DNA of 26,813 nucleotides, from positions 49,312 through 76,124 of the forward strand of contig CAID01000017.2 in NCBI GenBank assembly GCA_000214015.2, read 5' to 3'. A model generated the notes under the pieces. That model had not been told where the DNA came from. It ran no database searches and was given only the letters and a program-made list of their open reading frames with translations. Position numbers and translations under genes: made by a program. Origin of the DNA: Ostreococcus tauri (Eukaryota). Within the stretch, counting starts at the first letter, position 1; each line of letters opens with the position of its first letter. Shown here one piece after another: positions 15,341 to 24,194 of this stretch.

Positions 15341-17869
15341 TCACATTTCGCGGGTGGACGCGAGGCATTTCCTGTAGCAAGCTTCGCACACGCGCCCGTC
15401 ACCATCTCTTTGGGGACGACTCACCTTCCCTCGAGAAACCGCACGCGAGCATAGCGCGCACGTGAACGGTGGCTGATTCGCCTTGCTTGCTTTTTCGTAG
15501 CACCCAACGCACACGCGCCCGTCACCATCTCTTTGGGGATGACTCACCTTCCCTCGAGAAACCGCACGCGAGCATAGCGCGCACGTGAACGGTGGCTGAT
15601 TCGCCTTGAGAGCTTTTTGGGTGCACCCAGCGCACACGCGCCCGTCACCATCTCTTTGGGGACGACTCACCTTCCCTCGAGAAACCGCACGCGAGCATAG
15701 CGCGCACGTGAACGGTGGTCGATTCGCCTTGCTTGCTTTTTGGTAGCACCCTTCGCACACGCGCCCGTCACCATCTCTTTGGGGACGACTCACCTTCCCT
15801 CGAGAAACCGCACGCGAGCATAGCGCGCACGTGAACGGTGGTCGATTCGCCTTGCTTGCTTTTTGGTAGCACCCTTCGCACACGCGCCCGTCACCATCTC
15901 TTTGGGGATGACTCGCCTTCCCTCGAGAAACCGCACGCGAGCATAGCGCGCACGTGAACGGTGGTTGCTTTGCGATGCTTGCTTTTTGGTAGCACCCAGC
16001 GCACACGCGCCCGTCACCATCTCTTTGGGGATGACTCGCCTTCCCTCGAGAAACCGCACGCGAGCATAGCGCGCACGTGAGCGGTGGTCGATTCGCCTTG
16101 CTTGCTTTTTGGTAGCACCCAGCGCACACGCGCCCGTCACCATCTCTTTGGGGATGACTCGCCTTCCCTCGAGAAACCGCACGCGAGCATAGCGCGCACG
16201 TGAACGGTGGTCGCTTTGCGAGTAAAGCGATTTGGTAGCATCTTTCGCACACGCGTCCATCGCCGTCTCCGCGGTAACTTTGTTTCCCTTGCATCTCTCT
16301 GTCGCACTCAAGGCACTGAAACTGCGGCTTCTTTGCATACAAAGCGATTTGGTAGCATCTGTCGCACACGCGTCCATGGCCGTCTCCGTGGGAGTGACTT
16401 CGCGACTTTCCTTGCGGAAAATCTCTGTCGCACCGTCCGCACGTGAACGCCGGCAAAGTCTTCGTACATCGCGTCTTCTTTCCGGATGTCTCTCTGATCT
16501 CGTTCCACGTATACTCGCGGGTGACCTCCCTGGTATGGCACACACCGGGCTGAGAAAAGTTCATTCCGACGACGCCGTCCGCGGTGTGCTCGTGCAAGGT
16601 CCCGTAGTGCGCGGTGAATACCGCTTCGACGAAGAATCCGGCGCTCGCAATCGCGCGCGCGACTTCCAAAATCGACGGCGTCGACGCGCACGTTTTCACG
16701 TACGTCTTCGCCAACTCGACCGCGCTCGCTTCATCCTGTCCGTGAATGACCCACAAACTGCATTGAAAATCAGCATCAGCATGGTCGTCGTCGCCCTTTT
16801 GGGCTCGTCGAACGAGTGCGTGTCCTCGCTGCATGTCGTGCGCGCGCCCGTCGCCGAGCAGCGCCGTCAAGTGCTCGTTGATTCGTCGCTCTACATCGAC
16901 ACTTTCCCCGATGTACGCGAACACGAGTCCGTCGTCGGTGCGAATTCTGTAGTGATAGCACCCGCGTACGTTCAGATATCGCGCCATCGATCCCGTGGCC
17001 GTCTCGACCTTTTCCAAAGCCTGACGCAACTCGAATTCGCTCGCGTCCAGCGCCATCGCCGCGGCGCGAACCGCGTTAAGATTTTGACACGCATACTTTG
17101 ACTCCGCCGCGTTGAGCGGGGAGGACCATTCTGCGATTATTGGACCGGTGGTACGTCGAAATGCACGTTGGCGACACGCTTCATCATCATCTATGTCGAC
17201 CTTCGGCAGCCCCGTCGCCGCGAACAATGGCGCTCCTCTCGCGAGCCAACGCGCGAAACTGTCCCGCGCGCACGCGCTCGGTGAGACGCGCGAGTAAATG
17301 TCTGAGATGATGCTCTCGAAATCCACGCCGCGCACCGTCTCATTGTTCATGGTCTTGGCGCACAATTCGGCATTAAACACCGCCAAGGTGACGACCGGTG
17401 CTCCTCCGAGTCCGTTCCCGGCGGCGCGTGTGACGTATTTCAACGCGAGCGTCGTCGCCGTCGCGACACCACCAGCGGTATCTTTGGGCGCGTCGTTCTC
17501 CACCGGCGCCTCCAATCCGACTCCGCTCGCCGCCTTCGGCGCCGCCTCGTCTCGCCTCGCGGCGTTCGTGTCGTCGCCGAGAGCGACGCGTGTCGCCCCC
17601 GCCGCGAACGCGACGCGCGCGTTCGCCGCATCCGACTCGGCGTCCGCCTCGGCTTTGGCTTTAGCTTTGGCATCCGCGCCACCGCGACCCCCGACTGGCC
17701 AACCAACACGTGCGTTAGCAGCAGATGACGCTTCCACGAATGCCTCACGGTTTCGCTTCCCCAACCCCGCGAATGCATAGCCGTATCCACCGCGGTATCC
17801 CCGCGGCATTGCTCCCGTCCTGCGCGTCCACGGCGGACAGTTAGTTATTAATCCGCCATCGGCGCGCAT
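15341..17869 (-). CDS. 842-aa protein: unknown N-terminal region, GIY-YIG-like nuclease core, nine tandem CxxC-x18-21-CxxC zinc modules
   Basis: A true ATG at 17867-17869 and a TGA at 15341-15343. The core GCYHYRIRTDDGLVFAYIGESVDVERRINEH...FFVEAVFTAHYG...GMNFS is encoded at about 16550-16970. The C-terminal 370 aa are repeats of FTCALCSRAVSRGK(A/V)S(H/R)PQRDGDGRVCxGCYQKASKANRPP. Confidence 0.7.
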   Translation of the reverse strand: MRADGGLITNCPPWTRRTGAMPRGYRGGYGYAFAGLGKRNREAFVEASSAANARVGWPVGGRGGADAKAKAKAEADAESDAANARVAFAAGATRVALGDDTNAARRDEAAPKAASGVGLEAPVENDAPKDTAGGVATATTLALKYVTRAAGNGLGGAPVVTLAVFNAELCAKTMNNETVRGVDFESIISDIYSRVSPSACARDSFARWLARGAPLFAATGLPKVDIDDDEACRQRAFRRTTGPIIAEWSSPLNAAESKYACQNLNAVRAAAMALDASEFELRQALEKVETATGSMARYLNVRGCYHYRIRTDDGLVFAYIGESVDVERRINEHLTALLGDGRAHDMQRGHALVRRAQKGDDDHADADFQCSLWVIHGQDEASAVELAKTYVKTCASTPSILEVARAIASAGFFVEAVFTAHYGTLHEHTADGVVGMNFSQPGVCHTREVTREYTWNEIRETSGKKTRCTKTLPAFTCGRCDRDFPQGKSRSHSHGDGHGRVCDRCYQIALYAKKPQFQCLECDREMQGKQSYRGDGDGRVCERCYQIALLAKRPPFTCALCSRAVSRGKASHPQRDGDGRVCAGCYQKASKANRPPLTCALCSRAVSRGKASHPQRDGDGRVCAGCYQKASIAKQPPFTCALCSRAVSRGKASHPQRDGDGRVCEGCYQKASKANRPPFTCALCSRAVSRGKVSRPQRDGDGRVCEGCYQKASKANRPPFTCALCSRAVSRGKVSRPQRDGDGRVCAGCTQKALKANQPPFTCALCSRAVSRGKVSHPQRDGDGRVCVGCYEKASKANQPPFTCALCSRAVSRGKVSRPQRDGDGRVCEACYRKCLASTREM
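15344..16447 (-). repeat. 123-bp coding tandem repeat array: 7 near-identical units plus 2 diverged units (123 and 117 bp spacing)
   Basis: The anchor CGCACACGCGCCCGTC recurs at 15385, 15508, 15631, 15754, 15877, 16000 and 16123, an exact 123-bp period. Diverged anchors CGCACACGCGTCCAT lie at 16246 and 16363. Confidence 0.95.
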
Positions 17870-18287
17870 CGAACGAACGCGTCACCGTCGTCGACGCCGT
17901 CGCCCGCGCGCGCGCACCGCGACGTGAAACAAATCGACGCATCCTTTCGCGCGCGCCCGTCGTCATCGCGCGCTCGCGCGCCCCCCGGCGGCGCGATGCA
18001 CGCGCCACCGGGGAACAGCGCGCGCGCGATGCGATCTCGACCAATCGCCCCCTCTCCGCGCCGCGACTCCGCGTCGCGCCGCGCATCGTCCGCGAACGAG
18101 ACGTACCTTTATTCCCTCGTCGATGTCGTCGCGCGCACGCGCACGGAACGTTCGCGTTCGAGTCGAATTCGCGCGCCGCCGTCGCGCGCGATTCCAATTC
18201 GAAATCGCGCGCGCGCCGAGTGCCGACGCGACGACGCGTCGTCGTCGTCGCAGGCGTCGCGTCGCGCGCGGCCGCATCGCGTCGCGC

Positions 18288-18303
18288 TTTTTTTTTTTTT
18301 TTT
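18288..18303. repeat. T16 homopolymer flanked by a 14-bp direct repeat
   Basis: Sixteen T counted. CCGCATCGCGTCGC occurs at 18272-18285 and again at 18308-18321. Confidence 0.9.
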
Positions 18304-18816
18304 GCGTCCGCATCGCGTCGCCCCCCCGCCGCGACGCGTCGCCACCGGACGCATCGCGGCGGGGTGTGCCGCTCGGCGTCCGATGCGGACGCGACGCGTC
18401 GACATTTTCCAAATATTTTGTAGGCCATCAAGAAAAAATGTGACATCGAGCGAGTGCCAAGGGGTAAAATGGCTAAAAGGGGGTAAAACACGGGGCAACG
18501 GGGCAACCATCTCACTCATCCGCCGTCCGCGGTGGCGCCTTTCGCCCTCTTCCAACAAACCAACGCGCGCGAGACCTCGGCGCGTTCGACGACGGCGCGC
18601 GCGCGCGGTTCGACGTGACGCGACGACGACCTCGGTCGAAATCGTCGCGTCGAACGTCCAGGACGCGAGACGCTCGCCGATTGGACGTCTGCTAGGGTTT
18701 AGAGGGTTGAGACACCCATCGCGCGCCGCCGTCGACGCCGCGACACCTCGGCGCGCCCGCGATGGCGCGCGCGTGAGCGCGGGCGAAGGAACGTCCACGG
18801 CGAGACACTCGAGCCC

Positions 18817-20265
18817 ATGCCCGCGGTCGCGCGCGGCGAGCGGGGCGCGGCGACGTCGACGCGGACGGATGACGTCCCCGCGGGGTCTCGCGACGCGCTC
18901 GTCGCGCACGTCGACGGCGCGCTCACAAAGCTCGGGCTCGAGCGATTGAGCGCGAGCGAACGGGCGTCGAGTGATTTCGCGCCCAAGCGACCGATGCCGG
19001 AGCGCGACGCGAAGCGACCGGGACACGACGCGTGGACGTCGAGCGGGCCGACGCGCGGGGCGCGGCGACGCGGCGTCGAGCCGGCGACGCTCGCGAGAGC
19101 GATCGTGGACGATATCGAGGGGGCGTCGGACGTCTTCGCGACCGCCAAGGTGATATCGAACGGGGCGAACGCGTGTAAGGTGATTTTGACGACGAAATCG
19201 AGGGTCGAGGCGATGCGCGAACTCGGGTTGCGACAATGCCCGGGGTGCTTCAAGTTTTTCGCCCTGCACGGCGGTGGGTTGCGGAATCACTGGCTCGAAT
19301 CGAGCGAGTGCGAGTACGTCATGAGTAGTGGTCACCCCGAGAACGCGTCGGACGAGGAGGATGATTCCTCCGTGTCCGACCACTCGTGGCGAGGAACGAG
19401 CGGGTTGTCGAAACCGCCCGGATGGACTTCGCATCGAAGGACTCGACGATCGCAAGGTCCGCCCGTGATTCCTCCGGACGTGCACCCGGACTCTGTCACG
19501 GATGTCCATGGGTCCACAGCTTTAATGTGGGCCGCGGGTTCGGGGAAAATCTCCGTCATGGACTACTTAGTGAATGAACGCGGAGCCGACGTCTCGCACG
19601 TTGGCGCGAGGAAGGATGGTCGAACGCCCTTGCACTGGGCCGCTCGAAACGGACGATTGGAGGCGTGCGAGTGGTTGTTAGAGCGCGATCCAAAATTAGC
19701 GAATACACCCTCGTTCGACGGCGATTACCCGTTCCACTTGGCGGTGTGGAAGACGCGACACGCGTGCGCTTCGTTTCTCGCCGAGCGCGCGAGTGGGTCT
19801 ACTTCGGCGCGAAATCGGTGGGGTTGTAACGCCGTGCTCTGGGCGTGCACCGCGGACGTCGGGAACGACGACCAGAGTCGCAGAGACGTCTTACGCATGG
19901 TTCGATGGTTGGTCGAAGATTTAGACGTTCCGTTCGACGTGGTAAACGTAAACGGGCACTCGGCGCTACACAAGTGCGCCATCTATGGCCACGCTAACGT
20001 GGTTGATTACTTGTTGGGAAAACTTCGTTGTGTTGATGTTGTTGTTGATGATAGTTGTAGTAGCGGTGATGATGGTGATGATTTGAAGAAGAAATCGATT
20101 GAAAAGATGATTTTACAGGACGATAGGAGGCAGGCGCCGAGCGATTTAGCTCGCGTCAACGGATTCCTCGAGCTCTCCGCAGCGCTTCGCGCGATCGAGG
20201 ATCAAGCCTTACGTCTTCCGGTCGTTTTTGGAGGTGTTAAATCTAAGTGTGATATTGAAAACTAG
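18817..20265 (+). CDS. Ankyrin-repeat protein with an N-terminal CxxC...H...H/C knuckle
   Basis: A true ATG at 18817. Ankyrin repeats: GSTALMWAAGSGKISVMDYLVNERGADV, DGRTPLHWAARNGRLEACEWLLE, GDYPFHLAVWKTRHACASFL, NGHSALHKCAIYGHANVVDYLL. Upstream of these lies CPGCFKFFALHGGGLRNHWLESSEC. Confidence 0.8.
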   Translation: MPAVARGERGAATSTRTDDVPAGSRDALVAHVDGALTKLGLERLSASERASSDFAPKRPMPERDAKRPGHDAWTSSGPTRGARRRGVEPATLARAIVDDIEGASDVFATAKVISNGANACKVILTTKSRVEAMRELGLRQCPGCFKFFALHGGGLRNHWLESSECEYVMSSGHPENASDEEDDSSVSDHSWRGTSGLSKPPGWTSHRRTRRSQGPPVIPPDVHPDSVTDVHGSTALMWAAGSGKISVMDYLVNERGADVSHVGARKDGRTPLHWAARNGRLEACEWLLERDPKLANTPSFDGDYPFHLAVWKTRHACASFLAERASGSTSARNRWGCNAVLWACTADVGNDDQSRRDVLRMVRWLVEDLDVPFDVVNVNGHSALHKCAIYGHANVVDYLLGKLRCVDVVVDDSCSSGDDGDDLKKKSIEKMILQDDRRQAPSDLARVNGFLELSAALRAIEDQALRLPVVFGGVKSKCDIEN

Positions 20266-20288
20266 ATATCTACGGTACCTATGGTGTT

Positions 20289-21440
20289 CTACACGATGTC
20301 GACGACGATCCCCACGGATGCGCACGCGTCTTTGAAATCATCCGGCGGGTGGGCTACGATCGGGACCGGATATTCGTCGCTCGGAAACGTAAGCGTTCTC
20401 GCGTGCAACGCGTGTCGATCGATGATGTCCGACGGTGCGCCGTATATCGTGTCGCCTACGATCGGTAAACCAGCCGCGGCCAAGTGCGTTCGAATCTGAT
20501 GCGTTCGCCCAGTCTTCGGGCGCGCCTCGACGAGGACGTGAGCCGCCGACTTGGATACGATCCGAAACAGCGTCGTCGCCGGTTTCGCATCTTCCGGCGC
20601 ATCCTCAGGCGTTAACACCGCCTCAACGAAGAACGTCCCGGGCTCCGCGTCGTCCCTCGCACGCTTCACGAGTGGGAATTCGATCGTGTGCCACTCGCCC
20701 GAGTCGTCCGACGCGTCGCCCCGCGCCTCGCACAGCGCCCAATACGTCTTCTCGACTCGACGATTTTCAAACCATCCCTGCACCTCCTTCGCCCGCGCAC
20801 TCGTTCGACAGATAACCAACGCCCCACTCGTGTCCAAATCTAACCGATGCGCGACGTACGGCACGAGCGAAGCGCCTTGAACGCCGTCCACGGTCCGCCA
20901 CCGCGCGACGCACGCGCTCGCGGCTGAATCGTCACCGACGCGTCGTCTCGGCGTCGACGGCGTCCCAGCGCGCTTGTTCACCACCGTCATCGTCGCGTCC
21001 TCGTACGCGATGTCGTCGTCACCGAGCGTCCAATCCATCTCGAGCCCCCACGGCGTCGCGTCCACCTCGGCTCGCACCGCCCGCGCGACGGCCCGCGCGT
21101 CCATCCGCAACGCCCGCGCGACGGCCCGCGCCGAGACCACCGGCTCGCTTCCCCGCGCGAAGCCAAATCGCATCGCGCACACCGCGTACGAAGTCGATCG
21201 CTCGCCGTGTCGACGCTTCACGCTCGCTCGAATGACCTCGCGCTCGACGCGCTCGAAATGCGCACCGTCGAGGACGTCCGGCGCGCACAGCGACAGGTGC
21301 GATCGCCACGCCCGCGCGCGCACGACGGCGTCGCAGTGTGGACATTTTTCCGCCTCCACGCGCGCGACGGCACCGTCCCGCGGTCGTCGCGTCGACCTCG
21401 ACGCGGGGATGACGGCGCGGGCCCGATGCGACGAACGCAT
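20289..21440 (-). CDS. RluA-family pseudouridine synthase
   Basis: Catalytic-Asp motif VAHRLDLDTSGALVICRT, plus KTYWALC and GRTHQIRTHLAAAGLPIVGDTIYG. The track start 21614 is TTG, and the first ATG is at 21438-21440. Confidence 0.85.
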   Translation of the reverse strand: MRSSHRARAVIPASRSTRRPRDGAVARVEAEKCPHCDAVVRARAWRSHLSLCAPDVLDGAHFERVEREVIRASVKRRHGERSTSYAVCAMRFGFARGSEPVVSARAVARALRMDARAVARAVRAEVDATPWGLEMDWTLGDDDIAYEDATMTVVNKRAGTPSTPRRRVGDDSAASACVARWRTVDGVQGASLVPYVAHRLDLDTSGALVICRTSARAKEVQGWFENRRVEKTYWALCEARGDASDDSGEWHTIEFPLVKRARDDAEPGTFFVEAVLTPEDAPEDAKPATTLFRIVSKSAAHVLVEARPKTGRTHQIRTHLAAAGLPIVGDTIYGAPSDIIDRHALHARTLTFPSDEYPVPIVAHPPDDFKDACASVGIVVDIV

Positions 21441-21680
21441 TGTGACGCCGCACACCGCGACGGTTCGTGTCGCCCCGACATGGAGCGCATCGCCCGCGCG
21501 CGCGCCGAACGCGGGCGTGGAAATATATCCACGCGCGCGGCGAAGTCTCGGGTCCAGCGCGTCGTCGCGCGACCGCAAGGACAGGGGTCGTTGGCGCAGC
21601 AGCACCTGGGTCAAATAGCTCCGGGTTCGGTGTTGTCCAAAGCGATCGATCGAGCGAAGGGTTCGATCGATTGGGGGAAG

Positions 21681-22901
21681 ATGGCGTCGGATGTCTCGTC
21701 TCTCGATGCGTCGTCGTCCGCGGTGGCGAAGTCGCCGGCGCTCGGGTTGGTCCTGGGCGAGCTCGGACTCGCGGACGGGGACGCGGAGCGACTGGCGAGC
21801 AAGGTGCGGGCGACGGAGGACTATGGATCGTTCGCGCTGCAGCGAACGCTCGGGATGAAGGCGGTGATCACATTAGGGGCTACGCGGGGGGGGGTGACGG
21901 ACGCGAAGACGCGGTGCGCGATCGGGAGGGTGATCAGCGACTCCTCGAGCGAGGACTCGTTGTTCGCCGTGTTCGCTCGACGCGCGAGCAAGGATTTGGA
22001 CGCGTTCGTGAGCGGGGTCTCGGAAGATTTGCAAAGGATCGCGAGTGAATCGTTAAGTTCTGAAGATCTGGACCGCACGAAGAACTGGTACGCCGCGAGC
22101 GTGTCGCCGGCGCACTTTTCATTTGTTCAAAATCAGGTCCGCCGAGCGTGCTCTTCTTCAAACGCCGACACGAAAAATGTCAAGGTGGTTCCGGTGCTGA
22201 TTCCGGTCATGGATGGGAAATCCACGAGGGGTACTTTCGGCGGTGCCTTAGACGGCGCAGACGACGACGAGGACGACGACGATGGGTTCATGTTCGGAAA
22301 GAAGAGCAAGAAGAAGAAAAAGGCGAAATCAACCTCCGCCGCTGCTTCCTCGACATCATCCGAGCCGCAAACAGTCTCCGATCTCCTAACGAAGATGGTT
22401 TCCCAACGCGTCGGTTCGCAGCGTGAACCGACGTTCCCCGAGCTCGAGATGTCCTGGGGACAGACGACCGCCGCGGAGGTCGGCGGCGCCGTGTTGCAGC
22501 TCGTCGCAGAGGCCCCGGCGAAGTCGGTGGTGATCCTTCCCTCCGAGCTCATTCGCGCCACGATCTCCTTTGATGCCGATGCATCGGGCGTAAACGCCGT
22601 GGGCGCACGCGCGGTATCGATCGAACAAGTCGCGAGCGACGCCTCCATCATTGGCGATGACGTCTCATCGACGCTCTGGGTCACCTTTGATCCGGACGAC
22701 GCGTCCAAGTCCGCCGAGACGTTCAAGCGAGCGCTAGAAAACATTCGCAGTCGCAATATCCCTATCGTCAACGCTGTTTTCGCTCTCGTTCCCGAGATCG
22801 AGTCCTGCGACGCCGAGAACGGCCCGGCGGATGCCGTCTCGCTCGCCGCCTCGGTATCCAGCCGAGCGCACGCCGCATTCGTCTCCGATGACGACGAGTG
22901 A
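21681..22901 (+). CDS. Hypothetical protein (406 aa) with an acidic tract followed by a Lys-rich tract
   Basis: A long ORF whose downstream 400 codons have coding-like composition. The ATG at 21681 (MASDVSS...) is a conservative choice, and an in-frame ATG at 21480 is an alternative. The track start 21207 lies inside the opposite-strand RluA gene. No recognisable domain. Confidence 0.5.
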   Translation: MASDVSSLDASSSAVAKSPALGLVLGELGLADGDAERLASKVRATEDYGSFALQRTLGMKAVITLGATRGGVTDAKTRCAIGRVISDSSSEDSLFAVFARRASKDLDAFVSGVSEDLQRIASESLSSEDLDRTKNWYAASVSPAHFSFVQNQVRRACSSSNADTKNVKVVPVLIPVMDGKSTRGTFGGALDGADDDEDDDDGFMFGKKSKKKKKAKSTSAAASSTSSEPQTVSDLLTKMVSQRVGSQREPTFPELEMSWGQTTAAEVGGAVLQLVAEAPAKSVVILPSELIRATISFDADASGVNAVGARAVSIEQVASDASIIGDDVSSTLWVTFDPDDASKSAETFKRALENIRSRNIPIVNAVFALVPEIESCDAENGPADAVSLAASVSSRAHAAFVSDDDE

Positions 22902-23329
22902 GCGCATAGACTAGCGTAGTATTTAAATCTCACATTTTATTCCTCATCGTTTCATCGCATTTACGTCGCCGTTTCGTCTCAGACTCACGCATCCAAATCG
23001 TTTGCGTCCGGCGCGTCCACACAGAGCTGTCGCTGAGTCGAAAACCCACACATTTCGACGCCACACGCGCGACATGCTCCAATTCGCCCTCGCGGGCGTC
23101 GTCGGCGTCCTCGCTGGTGTCGTGAGTGCATCCGCGACCCGTCGAAGGCGACGTAAGGGCCGTAAAACGGGCGCACCGGTGCGTGTTTGGAATGATGTTT
23201 TTAAAAACTTGGAAAAAGTGTTTCGAGTTTCACCCGCCCACGACGTTTTCACGATCGACTGACGCGTTTTCGACGCACGTGTAGGGCCCCGTGAGACGTT
23301 TTGGTGGACGTCCGACGCTTTCGGTGTCG

Positions 23330-24052
23330 ATGACGCCCGTGAAGGCGTCTAATTACGCGTTGAGTTGCGACGCGCCGGCGTGCGCGTGCTGCGGCGATAC
23401 CAAAGCGACGCCGTCGACGCCGACGACGGCGAAACCCGATCCGTTATCGCCGACGAAGCGCGATCGGTACCTTTCGTGGGACGATTACTTCATGTCGGTC
23501 GCATTTTTGAGCGCGCAGAGGTCGAAGGATCCGAATAAGCAAGTAGGCGCGTGTATCGTCGGAGAGGACAAGCTCATCTTGGGCGTCGGGTACAACGGTT
23601 TCCCTCGCGGGTGCGCCGACAGCGCGCTACCGTGGGCGAAGAAGAGCACGAACGGTGATGAGCTGGAGACGAAGTATCCGTACGTGTGTCACGCTGAGAT
23701 GAACGCAATCATGAATAAGAACTCGGCGTCCGTGGCGGGCGGGACGTTGTACGTGACCATGTACCCGTGCAACGAGTGCGCGAAGTTGATCATTCAGGCT
23801 GGGATTCGCGAGGTGGTGTATTACGAGGGGAAGATCAGTGAGGCAAAGGAGACACCGATGTCGCCGGGTGTGAGCGATGGATCGGTGGCGAAGCGCGACG
23901 ATCCCAAGCACATTTACGCCGCGGCGAATAGGCTGTTACGACTCGCCGACGTGCGCGTGCGCCAACACTCCCCCGCGGTGGCGGTGCAGGTGACGTATTT
24001 AGACGAGAGCGACGATGAGGACGAGGAGTTCGTCGCGGACGCGTCGGCGTGA
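23330..24052 (+). CDS. Deoxycytidylate (dCMP) deaminase
   Basis: Zinc motifs VCHAEMNAI and [14 protein letters not shown], plus [28 protein letters not shown]. The track start 23291 is GTG, and the first ATG is at 23330. Confidence 0.9.
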   Translation: MTPVKASNYALSCDAPACACCGDTKATPSTPTTAKPDPLSPTKRDRYLSWDDYFMSVAFLSAQRSKDPNKQVGACIVGEDKLILGVGYNGFPRGCADSALPWAKKSTNGDELETKYPYVCHAEMNAIMNKNSASVAGGTLYVTMYPCNECAKLIIQAGIREVVYYEGKISEAKETPMSPGVSDGSVAKRDDPKHIYAAANRLLRLADVRVRQHSPAVAVQVTYLDESDDEDEEFVADASA

Positions 24053-24194
24053 GGGCGGGCGAGGAGTTAGGGATGATCGGTGTGTAATTTTGCATAGCAT
24101 TTCAAGCGAGCGACGAGTCCTGACGCCGGCGATTTTTTCTTCTCCCTCGTCCATCCTCATCCATCGCGCGTTTGAATCAAATCAAACCTCAAGT

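Noticed and set aside
18461-18508. Telomere-like look of GGGGTAAAATGGCTAAAAGGGGGTAAAACACGGGGCAACGGGGCAACC.
   Set aside because: It does not match TTTAGGG or TTTTAGGG in either orientation. There are only two imperfect copies, and it is internal to a gene-dense region.
23074-23262. Small 62-aa ORF (MLQFALAGVVGVLAGVVSAS...) with one hydrophobic helix, between the hypothetical gene and dCMP deaminase.
   Set aside because: It is short with no motif, its second half has non-coding-like composition, and it lies where the dCMP deaminase promoter and 5' UTR are expected. The support is not enough to call a gene.
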